DNA of 64,000 nt, from NCBI RefSeq assembly GCF_006345805.1, contig NC_043008.1, forward strand, positions 23,498,001-23,562,000, read 5' to 3'. The notes below the pieces were generated by a model. It did no database searches, was not told where the DNA came from, and was given only the letters and a program-made list of their open reading frames with translations. This stretch comes from Octopus sinensis (lineage: Eukaryota). This document shows positions 35,881 through 47,525 of the stretch, in pieces. The position numbers and the translations under genes are program-made. Every line of letters begins with the position of its first letter. Position 1 is the first letter of the stretch.

Positions 35881-36000
35881 AATTTCAACGGATCTCGTCC
35901 AAATTTAACGTCGACAGTACTTAGTTTGGTTTGAAAGAAAGAATTTGATCAGCTTAATAATCGTAACTTAATCCCGGGCAAAGCCGGGTTATACTGCTAG
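34678..36000 (+). mobile_element. Non-autonomous Helitron-type element, copy A
   Basis: A|TC 5' end, 3' hairpin CCCGGGCAAAGCCGGG plus CTAG|T; internal GT, GA, TA repeats. Confidence 0.8.
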
Positions 36001-36634
36001 TTAGGAATAAAAACTCGAAGGGAATGGAAAATAAAAGTATTTACCATCTATTTCGTGGATCATGGTTTCTGCCTTTTTTTTTAGCAAATAATATATCATT
36101 TCCTTGGCGAAGTTTTCAACAGGTACGCATAGATTAAACATATAAGTACGAGGCAAATTCAGCACGTGCCTCTTGCTTATAGATTATAATTTTTCAAATC
36201 CACCGCGCAAGTGCAGTTTTTGTCGGCACCAAAAAGTACATATATATATGTTTGTGTGTGTGTGTGTGTATGTACATATATACAAAATTTAGAGGACTGA
36301 CTACTAAAAGTGGACAGCCTATATGCTAAACATAGACGTCCAATCTCCATTACCACGAAGAATGTGTTCTCAAGAAAAATCTCAGCAAAAAACCAAAATG
36401 TAAAAATAAGCAAAACAAATGAAAATATACGAAATAAAAAGCGATTACCTATGTACCATTGGTTTCACTTGTTAATATTTACGTATATGGACACGCAAAC
36501 ATCTGCAAGATCATCTGCATAGCCTGTCGTTTATAAAACATAATTTCCAGAACTAGATACAGAACGCTCAACCAAAATATATTTACCAAAATTGCATAAA
36601 AATATCTTGAAATACTAAAGAGTAAATTTATTCA

Positions 36635-36830
36635 ATAAAATCGCCATTGGCTTCAAATACGGCTTTCCAGACGACTTCGGAATCTCTTGCACCTCTTTCG
36701 GACGATCCCTTTGTTTAAGATGGTGAACGCTGCTACAATCCATGACTTCAGTTTATCTTTGGTGTTACAAGGAGTTTCGTTGGTCTCTCACTCAACTGCG
36801 CATCACGCATCATAATTAAGCGGGCAACAT
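36635..36830 (-). pseudogene. Tc1/mariner-superfamily (maT-like) transposase C-terminal fragment
   Basis: Minus strand: ETNETPCNTKDKLKSWIVAAFTILNKGIVRKRCKRFRSRLE. Confidence 0.65.
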
Positions 36831-37741
36831 GAGGTGTTATTACTGCATCCTTGACTTTAAGATAAAATATATTTTTACAAATGTTCACTACCTTACAAAA
36901 TCTCTATCAGTAAAGCAAATGGTCTTTTCTAAATGCATTAAAAGCATTATAACATAATCTGATCACTATTTCAGAAAATCATTGCCGTTCTCTTTGAGCA
37001 TATAGAAGACAGTTTTGCTGGGAGAAAATGAGCAAGACCAGATAATATAAATTTGTTGCTTCAATTCTCCATAAAAGAGACTCATACACATCAATATCTA
37101 CCAGAAATGTAAAATAAACATTGTTTAAATATCTAGGTCAAATGAAAGAGGATCATGGAAAAATGGCACATGATATGAGATCAACAGAACTCGACTAAAT
37201 AATAAAAAAAAACTCAACATATTCTCTATAGGTTCTGCACGATCTGCTGGAGTGTCCACTATGCAGTGAAAGTGAAGAAACTATACAAATTAGTCATTAC
37301 TTATTACATCATTTTTTTGAAACTTGAAAATTATCAAATTAGACATTAGTGTGGGAAAAATTGACTTGGAAACTAACAGAGAAAAGAATATTTATTGCTA
37401 AACACCAAAAACTATCTAGATATTTTATCAGCCACCTCGATTACAATCGAGCTAAAGTTAAAAAATGATGATGCAGCATTTGCCATTCAAACAGGTAGGG
37501 AAAAAATAACGAGAAATCTAAAGTTACTAATTTTGCCCCTTGTATATATGTGTGCGTGTGCGTGAGTGTGTGTGTGTGGGTGTGTACATATTTATAAGTA
37601 TATATATAGATGTGTGTACGTGTGTGTGTGTATGCTTGTGTATATATATGTATATGTAAATGTATATATATATATATATATATTATATATAATATATAAT
37701 ATATAATATATAATATAATTTTGGATTCATTCCCTAATATT

Positions 37742-37810
<69 letters not shown>

Positions 37811-38319
37811 GCATATACATATACACACACAGACATATATATATATATATATGGTGTAGGGAATACGGGACAAAACAATTCATTCCTAGCTATGTATCTG
37901 TACGCATGCGCGCGTGTGTGTTTTCAGATGGGTGGGTAGTGAGGATAATATGTTATCCGTGTTTAGCCCTCACATACTTATGTGTGGAATTCTTGTGATT
38001 ACCCTTCGTAGAGGTTGATTTCTGTTTTCGTTCATAAAAATACATTCGAAAAATATCTATAAAATTCGATAAAGTTCGTTGTTAAGCGAATTTCATCGCT
38101 TAACCACGAGAAAGTTAACTCATGACCAAGTAAGGTTTCATGTCGATGTTGGGGGAAGAATGAATGTGGAATACATATTTAGTACAGCGATGCCTGTGCT
38201 TTGAACTAAAGTAATAATAGTGGAAATAAGAGAGGTAGATTCACTGAATAGGTTTGTGAACTTTAATATGGCCGGCTGGTTTGGAGGAAGACAATTGAAC
38301 AGATCAGTAAGAGAGGTTC

Positions 38320-38325
<6 letters not shown>

Positions 38326-38413
<88 letters not shown>

Positions 38414-38439
38414 AGGGAGAGAGTGAGTGAGGGAGAATG

Positions 38440-38470
<31 letters not shown>

Positions 38471-38495
38471 GAGAGAGAGTGAGAGAGAGATGAAG
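38326..38495 (+). repeat. (GATA)n(GA)n compound microsatellite
   Basis: Direct inspection. Confidence 0.95.
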
Positions 38496-39234
38496 GAAGG
38501 GAGATCGGTGGGTTTACGTAGAAACGGTATATCAATGGCTAGAAAGATCTAGGGAATAGAACTGATCGGATTAGTTGGGTTAATTCAAATGTAAAATGAA
38601 GTTAACAGAAAAAAAAAGAAAAAAGAAAAAAACTAAAACATAACGGTCTCGTACAACATATCGTAAAATTATATTATATTATATTAAAGCAACTAAGTGT
38701 AATTACTCTAGAGTAATATACATTAGGGCTCATCTGGAAGAATCTTTATTGCAAGTTTAGAGAAACTATCGTTCAATGAAGTCAAGATAAAACTGAAAGT
38801 CACATTATGTAATTGCCTTTGCCGTAGACGAATCATTGGTTGCCAATTCGTGTATGCACCGTCTCAATGCCAATATATTTGTTTCACATCACTGAACGAA
38901 ATTTTCATTAGTTAAGTATATTGGACTTTATCCAACAGTAATGTCATCTGGTTATATATTAGTTACAGGCACATACTGTGTAGATACTTAATTGTTAATC
39001 CGGTTTCTGAATTGCCAGTGTTCTCTTTAAAATTTTAACTTTTGAAAACTCCTTGAATCAATGCAGAGAAAAGACGAAGAATGTATCCATTCATATTCAA
39101 TGTATCCATTAATATTCAATGCAATGTTCTAAACTTACCACATTCTAACGACTTGAAATATCGATCAAACGATCAATCATCTAAGACACCGACATACTCA
39201 TATATTGATGTAACTCCAAGAGAGTCATGTGGGC

Positions 39235-39715
39235 TCTCGTTAAGCATCATCGCCAGGTAGGTAGAGAACAGGGTTGGAGCCAGACGCAACCTTGTTTCAG
39301 GCATCAGGAGATGGAGAATGGTTCAGAGAGTGCATGCTGCCTGCAAACGCGTCCTATCATGCTGTCATGAAGCGCGATGATGAGGTTGACGAAGTGATCG
39401 GGGCAACCAAAGCGATGGAATACAGACCCCATTGCTGGTCGGGAAATCTTGTCATAGGCTTTGCGAATGTCCCAGAAGATAAAGTGTGGTTGCTGCTCTT
39501 CCCGAGCCTTTTCTTGAAGTTGTCTTACACAGAAGATCATGTCGATCGTTCCTCGTGACCACCGAAAGCCGCATTAATATTCCAGAAGGACTTCTGCAAC
39601 ATCCAGAAAACGATCTAGAAGAATGCTGATGAAAATCTTGCTGGCAATGCTGAGCAAGGTGATATCGCAGTAGTTGTTGCACGCTGACCAGTCTCCTTTC
39701 TTGAATATGGTATTG
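39235..39715 (-). pseudogene. RTE-clade LINE RT fragment
   Basis: MIFCVRQLQEKARE..PHFIFWDIRKAYD..RFGCP..FVNLIIALHD..SEPFSI..LKQGCV. Confidence 0.85.
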
Positions 39716-40096
39716 CTAGAAATAAGAGTTAAAACAACTCATAGCCACAAGGAGCACTTATCTTAATGACTGAGAAGAGAGGCAATAGCATAAATGCGAA
39801 ATCAGTGTGATCTGGCTATTTAAATGAGGTTAGGTTGGGTCTGCATTAGGTAAATCCATGATCAAAAAGAATAGTTATGTGGAACGGCATAAGGAGAAGA
39901 GGGATAGAATTTGTTATGTAGTATTCCATATTGAGTATTCGCACAACTTTGGATCTGCTAGCATTCATTTTCATTTTCCCTCCATACGGAGTATTTTTAT
40001 CATTGCTTATGTAGCTAAATTTTAGATTGAATTAAAGGAAATTAAATGTTCTTGTCCTGTATTGCCTAATTGTTTACTTTAATCAATATCTACTCA

Positions 40097-40220
40097 CTTT
40101 GCAAACGCTGATAGGGCACAGAAAGTGTGTCTAAAGCCAGATGAAGGAGGTGTCCTCCCGAGGCTACGAACTACAGTAGCATCCACCCTTAGGGGTTAGC
40201 CATATTTAAATGGCAAATAT
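40097..40220 (+). mobile_element. Diverged fragment of the 353-nt retrozyme-like monomer
   Basis: gcacagaaagtgtgtctaaagccag..ctacagtagcatccacccttaggggttagccatatt matches 27311-27380 and 21660-21700. Confidence 0.75.
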
Positions 40221-40494
40221 ATATATACCCAAGCAAGCACATAAATATGAAACAAGGTGGGAAAATATTACTGCATTTTTGTATGTATGTGTATATGAAT
40301 TGCTTATATAAAAAAACTCGTTAATATTTTAATAATGTCTGCGAGCTTTCTCAACCTATGGGTTAAAATTTATATCTATATTAAATCACTATTTATTTAT
40401 CATTAATTTATTTACTCTAGACATGCATGATTTCTTTTTAACTTAAGATTTCTATTTGACTTAAGGTTTTCTTCGATTTTATGCAAGATGATAT

Positions 40495-40626
40495 TTATTC
40501 CGTTATGAATCACAAACGCCCGAAGAAATGGGGCGCTTATTATTAAAGCTACAAAAACATCACAAAAAATCACAACTATTACTCAGTTCCACGTTCCATT
40601 TCTTCGGGCGTTTGTGATTCAGAACG

Positions 40627-40633
<7 letters not shown>
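40495..40633. repeat. Short foldback (~35-bp arms) abutting (TA)n
   Basis: tccgttatgaatcacaaacgcccgaagaaatgg versus ccatttcttcgggcgtttgtgattcagaacgga. Confidence 0.85.
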
Positions 40634-40679
<46 letters not shown>

Positions 40680-40680
<1 letters not shown>

Positions 40681-40835
40681 TAGCGGTATAACCTGGCCTT
40701 GCCCGGGATTAACTTACGATTATTAAGCTAATCAAGTTCTTTATTTCAAACCAAACTAAGTAATATCGACGTCAAATTTGGGCGAAATCCGTTGAAATTG
40801 GTTATATTATATATATATATATATACTATGTATAT

Positions 40836-40916
<81 letters not shown>

Positions 40917-42091
40917 ATATAATATATATATATATATAATATAATATAATATAAATATATATGGGCAACACATACGAACACAGATACACGTACGTACACC
41001 TATTGCATGTTTTGTGCACGCATACATGTTCATAAACAGAAATGAATGGAAAAAATGTTGTTAAATTTGTAGATTAACACTCGCACGATTTTCACTGAGA
41101 AAAAAAATCGGTCTTTTGCGTGGAAGCAACTACTCTAGCCTCCTTATATGCAACAAAACCCTTTTCGTGGTCCGTGAAACAGAGTGGGATGTGGTGGGAG
41201 CCTCGCAAATCGTACCCATTTATATTGTGTAATTCACTGACAAACTGTTACCTAGATCTTTGTTTCCTTGTTGTTAAATAAATGGATTCTCAACAAAACA
41301 CTTTTTTTACTTGGCATAAAATAAAAACAAAACTCTTTCGCACCCAAAGTAACGTGTGCGTGAGAGAGAGTGGGGAAAAGATGAACGATTTAAAATAAAT
41401 AAATGATTTAAAATAAATAAATAAATGATTTCATATATTGTAATTGTTGTGTTAGAAAGTATATATACTACGATTATAAAATATACTGTCTTTCAAAAAC
41501 ATCCTAAATTTGAAGACTATATCTCGTGTTGAAGAAAAAACAAAACATTATACATTCTATTTTAAATGAACGTCGTCATTTACTCTCTCTCTCTCTATCA
41601 CTTTGTCCTTTCCTTTTTTTGTTTAGATCGCTGTGAAACTCTCTGCCTCTCTTCCACTTTTTTTATCTTGTTTTTTTTTGTTAGACGCTGGTCAAACTAT
41701 CTCCCACACTTCTTTACACATTCTTTTTCTTTAATATTTTTGTTAGACGTTGCGAAACACTCTCTCTCCCTTACACACACATACATCAACGCACAACTTC
41801 TCTCTCTCCCTCACACACACACTTTCGCTTGGCTATGGCTAGAAGGGACTTAACTCATGTTATCAATCTTCAAAATATGGCTGAAAATAGATTTTTACCG
41901 CTAAAAGCTATGGCTGAAAATAGATGTTACCGCTATCCGCGGATGCCTTGAGAAAAAAATAGGTTGACAAAACCTAGATAGGATGTTGACGAATGTCCTC
42001 CTAAAATTGGAGCGACATGCGTGGTAATTTGTGGACGTGCAAAATTACAATCACGTACACACACACACATCATGCCTTTTATAGATACAGA
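40680..42091 (-). mobile_element. Non-autonomous Helitron-type element, copy B (inverted relative to copy A)
   Basis: Homologous throughout to 34678-36000; same TC start, hairpin and CTAG end on the minus strand. Confidence 0.82.
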
Positions 42092-42093
42092 TA

Positions 42094-42134
<41 letters not shown>

Positions 42135-42239
42135 GGTGTGTGTGTGTGTGTCGGTGTGTGTGTGGGTGTGTGTGTATAGCAATAAGATAATGGTGGGGAT
42201 CAAGAGGTGATATTTATTAACTTTTAGACATTATATTAT

Positions 42240-42634
42240 ACTCTTTTACTCTTTTACTTGTTTCAGTCATTTGACTGCGGCCATGCTGGAGCACCGCCTT
42301 TAGTCGAGACTTATTCTTTGTAAGCCCAGTACTTATTCTATCGGTCTCTTTTTCCGAACCGCTAAGTGACGGGGACGTAAACACACCAGCATCGGTTGTC
42401 AAGCAATGCTAGGGGGACAAACACAGACACACAAACATATACACACACACTTATATATATATACATATATACGACAGGCTTCTTTCAGTTTCTGTCTACC
42501 AATTCCACTCACAAGGCATTGGTCGGCCCGGGGCTATAGCAGAAGACACTTGCCCAAGATGCCACGCAGTGGGACTGAACCCGGAACCATGTGATTGGTT
42601 AGCAAGCTACTTACCACACAGCTACTCCTGCGCC
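42240..42634 (-). mobile_element. Full-length CORE-type tRNA SINE (OR2-like)
   Basis: GGCGCAGGAGTAGCTGTGTGGTAAG..GGTTCAGTCCC head, CTTGGGCAAGTG core, tail ending in AAAAGAGT repeats. Confidence 0.9.
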
Positions 42635-42709
42635 TATTTATTAAAAAAAAAATTATACATAGATGTATAACATTATGCTTTACATATATAAAAAATTGCA
42701 GTAATTATT

Positions 42710-43144
42710 AAAATATATAACGTAGAACAATTCGCGTAAGTGTCCGATGGTCCCTATCTGAAAGTTTTGGTTTTCTTCATGAGCTTTGTTTCGACGGGGA
42801 GGTTTTTTACTCTTTCTCAGAGGCTGTCATTACTTTCGAGGCAGTACCTCTTGATACACCAAACATATCGGCTGTTTTCGTTACGCTAGCACCTGCCATA
42901 CGAGCACCAACAATTTGAAAGTACGATAGATCTGTCATTTTAATGAATTTTTATTACTATTTTCTGATGATATCTGAAAAGAAACAGCAATTTTAGCAAA
43001 ACAGATTAAGCTAGATAAAAAAACATGAATCAAAAATCATAAATCAAAAAACATAAAAATAAACAAGCTTTTGACGGTTTTATAGATATTTCAAAATTAT
43101 GATGCTATGACGCTAGGTGTTTCCATTATTTTGTGCAACCCCTG
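42710..43144 (-). mobile_element. Tc1-like transposon 5' fragment
   Basis: TIR TA|CAGGGGTTGCACAAAATAATGGAA; MTDLSYFQIVGARMAGASVTKTADMFGVSRGTASKVM..RKPKLSDRD.RTL.RIV. Confidence 0.85.
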
Positions 43145-43588
43145 TACCACTCAGCCTTAAATGGTAACCTGGTTTCTTGGTCATTTCACTTCACCGGCAC
43201 TGGATAACCGTTGGGTTAGAGATGGTAGCACTAGGTCTTGTTCGATATACCTTTAAAGTGACACACAGTCACTCATAAAAAGAAAAGCCATTAGTTTTAA
43301 ATCTCTGAGTGAAAGGTAAGTAGTAACAGCACTACAGGGAAAAATCTATTTGCTAACGTATGTTGGCAGTCCTGATTAGGACGATGTTACATTTTTAAGT
43401 CCAGGAAAACATCTCTTCCAGCTGGCTACCGACGCACAACTGCGTCCATACATATCAAACAAGATTGTTAATGTCCTCATTCAGCCTTAAACGATACATG
43501 CGGATCATGGTTTCTGATCCCACTAATGTCCCCACTCAGCTCCAAACGGTACTTGCGCACCATGGATTCTTGGATATTTCACGGTAAA

Positions 43589-43632
43589 TGCGGACCATAG
43601 TTTCTGGGTCATTTCCCTTCATCGGCGGCACA
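43589..43632 (-). ncRNA. HHR (CCGA variant), array copy
   Basis: CCGATGA-a-ggg-aaatga-ccc-a-GAAAC-TATG-GTC-cgca. Confidence 0.7.
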
Positions 43633-43940
43633 GAATAACCGTTGGCTTAGAGATGGCAGCACTAGGTCATGTTCAAAGTATATATTTTCAAAGTGGCACA
43701 TAATTAATCATAGTGTATAACAGAAAAAAATTAGTCTTAAATCTCTGAGCGAAAATTAAGTAATAACAGTACTACAGAGTAAAATCTATTTCCAAAGTAA
43801 GTTGGTTGTCCTGATTAGGATGATATTACCACCTATTTAGCAACAGGCAAAGATCTTTACCAGCTGGCTACCGACATATAACTGCGTGTTTATATCTCGA
43901 ATAAGGGAACTAATGTCCCCACTGAGCCTTAAATAGCACC

Positions 43941-43981
43941 TGCGGACCAAGTTTTCTTGGTTATTTTCATTCATCGGCACA
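43941..43981 (-). ncRNA. HHR (CCGA variant), array copy
   Basis: tgtg-CCGATGA-atgaaaataaccaa-GAAAACTTG-GTC-cgca. Confidence 0.6.
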
Positions 43982-44290
43982 GGAAAACCATTGGCTTAGA
44001 GATGGTAGCACTAGGTCTTGTTCGAAGCATATAGTTTTAAAGTGATACACAGCCACCGATCTCGTAAAGAGGAAAACTATTCGCTTTAAATCACTGAGCA
44101 ACATGTAACTAGCAACATTACTAAAGAGTAAAATCTATTTGACCACGTAAATTGGAAACCTTGATTAAGATGCTATTATTACCTTTTGAATCCCTTGGAA
44201 AGCATCTTTTGCATTTGGCTACTGACGCACAACTGTGTCCTTATACCTCGAATAAGGGAGCTATGTCCGCGCACAGCATCAAACGGTACT

Positions 44291-44332
44291 TGAGGATCAT
44301 GGTTTCCAGGTTTATTTCCATTCGTCGGCTCA
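44291..44332 (-). ncRNA. HHR (CCGA variant), array copy with covarying stem I
   Basis: tgag-CCGACGA-atggaaataaacctg-GAAAC-CATG-ATC-ctca. Confidence 0.6.
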
Positions 44333-44633
44333 GGATGACAGTTGGCTTACTAATGGCAGTACTAGTCCTTGTTCGAGGTATATACATTTAAAGTGACACA
44401 CAGTCACTGATCTAAAGAGGGAAGCCATTAGCTTTAAATCTCTGAATGAAAAATAAGTAGTAACAGTACTACAGGGCAAAATCTATTTGCTAACGTAAGT
44501 TGTCAGTCCTGATTAGGACGATGTTACTACCTTTTTTAACACCAGGAAAAACCTCTCTTCCAGCTGACTCGCAACCCCGTCTATATGCCTCGAACGAGGG
44601 AGCTAATTTCCCCACTCAGCATTAAACGGTACA

Positions 44634-44674
44634 TACGGAACATGGTTTCTTGGTCATTTCCCTTCATCGACACA
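44634..44674 (-). ncRNA. HHR variant, array copy
   Basis: tgtg-TCGATGA-agggaaatgaccaa-GAAAC-CATG-TTC-cgta. Confidence 0.55.
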
Positions 44675-44804
44675 GGATAACCGTTGGCTTAGAGATTGCA
44701 GCACTAGCTCATGTTCAAGTTATATTCTTTTAAAGTGACACACAACTTAGTCCTTACATCTAGAGCAAAGGAGCTAATATCTCCACTTAGCATTAAACGG
44801 TATT

Positions 44805-44845
44805 AGCGGACCATTGTTTCTGGATTATTTCCATTCATCGACACA
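44805..44845 (-). ncRNA. HHR variant, array copy
   Basis: tgtg-TCGATGA-a-tgga-aataa-tcca-GAAAC-AATG-GTC-cgct. Confidence 0.6.
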
Positions 44846-45264
44846 GAATAACAGTTGGCTTAGGGATAGCATCACTCGCTCATGTACTTTTAAAGTGACA
44901 CACAAATTCCTCTCTCAGCAAATAGCTGTGGATGTTACTGTTACTATTCTAAAGTTGAAGAGAGAGGTAAAATGTTTATCAGTATATTCAGAGTAGATTG
45001 ATGCATAAATCGAAAGAAAAGTAGATACATATTTACATACACACATTGTTAAATTAAAAGCGGAAGAGAGGAGGAACGCAGGAAGTAAGAGAGAAAGAGA
45101 GAGAGAGAGACAGACAGACAGAGAGAAAGCAAATGAGAGAGAAAGTAGATACATAGATCGAAAGAAAAGTTAATACATAGATACACAGATACATTGTTAA
45201 ATCAAAGACAAATAACACAGCAAATATTGGACGTCACTTTCACTTTTCATTACCACACGAGGAT

Positions 45265-45385
45265 AAAATTAACGTAGTTCTCAGGGAGATTCAGCCTCAT
45301 ACAGAATATGACAAGGCTGACCCCTTTCAATTACAGCTACAACTCATTTTGGTCAGCTGAGTAGACTGGAGCAAGATAAGCCTAG
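45265..45385 (-). mobile_element. SINE family C internal fragment
   Basis: Homologous to 45803-45890 and, inverted, to 46112-46220. Confidence 0.7.
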
Positions 45386-45689
45386 AGCAAGTTAAGCAAG
45401 TGGTTGGAAGAAAACGAAAAAATATCCTATGTAGGGGCAGGAAAATCTTTTTAGTCAGTATGAGTGTTAATCCGGTCCTAACAGCAGCATTTGTGGGTCT
45501 CACAGATCTGGAGACCAAGTCCCCAGATAAAGACCGATGCACAGGCTGTTGTTATCAAACAGAGCGTGAGTCCAGGGCGAAGTTACTACGCGACGGAAAG
45601 CAAGTATTACGTCTTAGCTTTCACCGCTTATACTAAACACATGTTTGCCTTACGATATGGAACATTTTCTTTTCTTTTACTCTTTTTAA

Positions 45690-45985
45690 AAAATGGCACT
45701 CCGTCGGTTACGATGACGAGGTTCCTGTTTATCTGATAAATGGAACAGTCTGCTCGTAAAATTAAAGCTCAAGTGGATGAGTACTCCACAGACATGCATA
45801 CGATAACGTAGTTCTCAGGGAGATTCAGCCTCACACAGAATGTGACAAGGCTGGCCTCATTTTTGCCAGCTGAGTGGCCTGCAGCAAGGTGAAGTACAAC
45901 TGAAGAACACAGCGCGTCGCCGGGAATCGTACTCATGACCTTACCATCGTGGACTGAATAGCCTTAACCACTGAGCCACGCACCT
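45690..45985 (-). mobile_element. SINE family C, near full length
   Basis: Head GAAGGTGCGTGGCTCAGTGGTTAAGG..GAGTACGATTCCCGG; 3' end homologous to 14800-14915. Confidence 0.75.
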
Positions 45986-46111
45986 TCAGTCTCTCTTAAT
46001 CGTAGAGAAAAGGAGTGAAGCGATAGGGATAGAGAAAGGAAAGCCTCAGTCATTTAAAATGACAATTTCGATCTTTTTAGAATCTTTTTTCATTTTCTTC
46101 CAACTACTTGA

Positions 46112-46220
46112 AGGCTTATCTTGCTCTAGTTCACTCAGCTGACCAAAATGAGTTGTGGCTGTAATTGAAAGGGGTCAGTCTTGTCATATTCTGTGTGAGG
46201 TTGAATCTCCCTAAGAACTA
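46112..46220 (+). mobile_element. SINE family C internal fragment (inverted copy of 45272-45383)
   Basis: ggcttatcttgctctagttcactcagctgaccaaaatgagttg..gaatctccctaagaacta. Confidence 0.7.
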
Positions 46221-46629
46221 GCTTCTTTTTTAAAAATGTAGAAGAGGGAAAGCCATTTAGTAATGAATAGAGGGTGAGTCTTTCAGGCGTTTACGTTTTC
46301 ATTCTGAGGGTTTTAGAACGATCGACTGTTAGTTCTCTCTTCTTTCCCCAACCCCGTACTTATTCGCCTTCTTTCATAGTTCTTCATGTCTTTTAGTTAA
46401 TGGTGGGGGAAGACCATGTTTTCTTTGTTATGCACATTTAACGTTTCCTCTACGAACTACAAACAAGCCCCTCATCATTCCTTTTTTCATACAAAAGCTA
46501 TTGCAAATTTCGAATGGAGTATAGCTGTGAAAAGAGCCCAGAAAAATGGATAATACCCCTTACAAAGCAGGTGGGGGAGAAATGTTGCCAACTCGTGGCT
46601 ACAAGAAATTCAACTCTATACTTTAAAGA

Positions 46630-46922
46630 GTGTCTTCTACTATAGCCTCAGGCCAACCAAAGCCTCATTAGTGGATTTCAACTGAAAGAAGCCCGTCATT
46701 CATATATATATATGAGTGTGTGTGTGTGTGTGTCTGTGCGTGTCCCCTTACCACCATCGCTTGTCAACCGATGTTGGTGTGTTTGCGTCCGTAACAGCTG
46801 TTCGGCAGAAAAACTGACAGAAGAAGCATCGGGCTTACAGGGAATAAGTCCAGGAGTCGATTTCTTCGACTAAAGCATGGCTACAGTCAAATGACTGAAA
46901 CAAGTAAAATAATAAAAGAATA
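46630..46922 (+). mobile_element. 5'-truncated CORE-type SINE
   Basis: gtgtcttctactatagcctcaggccaaccaaagcc..gtcaaatgactgaaacaagtaaaa. Confidence 0.85.
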
Positions 46923-47273
46923 TCAGAAGAATGTTCCGTACCACTAAACGAAGAAGGTACGATGTATTTTAAGACTAAATAGTAATTATCTTCACGTTTG
47001 CATAACTGAGATATTTTGGTTGGATTATATAGTTATTGGTTTTACACTTGTTTCTATATTCTGAAAGTATAAAAATATAGAAACATTTCTCATAACACCA
47101 GCACACAATTTACAGATGCTTTCATTTTTTATTTTAAAATTTACTTTACCAACATAATATGGCTGTCCTGTAAAGGACATTGTTACTGTTTATTAGCCCA
47201 AGTAATATCTGCGTCCTTATATTTTCGAACCGAGAATTCAGTATCCCCGCTCCAGCACAAAACAACATTTGTC

Positions 47274-47304
47274 GACTAGTTCCAGAGTTATTGCTCTTCA
47301 TCAA
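47274..47304 (-). ncRNA. Degenerate HHR motif
   Basis: Minus strand: TTGATGA-AGAG-caataa-CTCT-GGAAC-TA-GTC; stem I unpaired, two core changes. Confidence 0.4.
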
Positions 47305-47525
47305 CCCAGAGTAGCTGCTTGGTTAGGTGGCGGTTCGAACATATAAATTTCAACGTGACACACAGCCACTGATCTATAAATAGAAATAGTATTATTTCTA
47401 AATTTGTTAGAGAGAGACATACAATTTTACATTAAAGAAATGTCTCTCTCTGAGAAATTTAGAAATAATACTATTTCTATTTACATTTTTTTATGCTTTT
47501 CGTGAAGTTTTTACGGGTCCAGCTT

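Larger units (their letters stand above)
43147..44904 (-). repeat. Diverged tandem array of ~345-bp monomers, each with an HHR motif (retrozyme-like satellite)
   Basis: Marker gcactaggtc.tgttc at about 43228, 43640, 44008, 44360, 44701, 44872; HHRs at about 43164, 43589, 43941, 44291, 44634, 44805. Confidence 0.85.

Noticed and set aside
42960-43000. CTGATGA..GAAAC (similar near 58232)
   Set aside because: No stem III, UH or stem I; chance matches in AT-rich DNA.
43147-44904. CRISPR-like array interpretation
   Set aside because: Whole ~345-bp units are homologous with no unique spacers, there are no cas genes and the context is eukaryotic.
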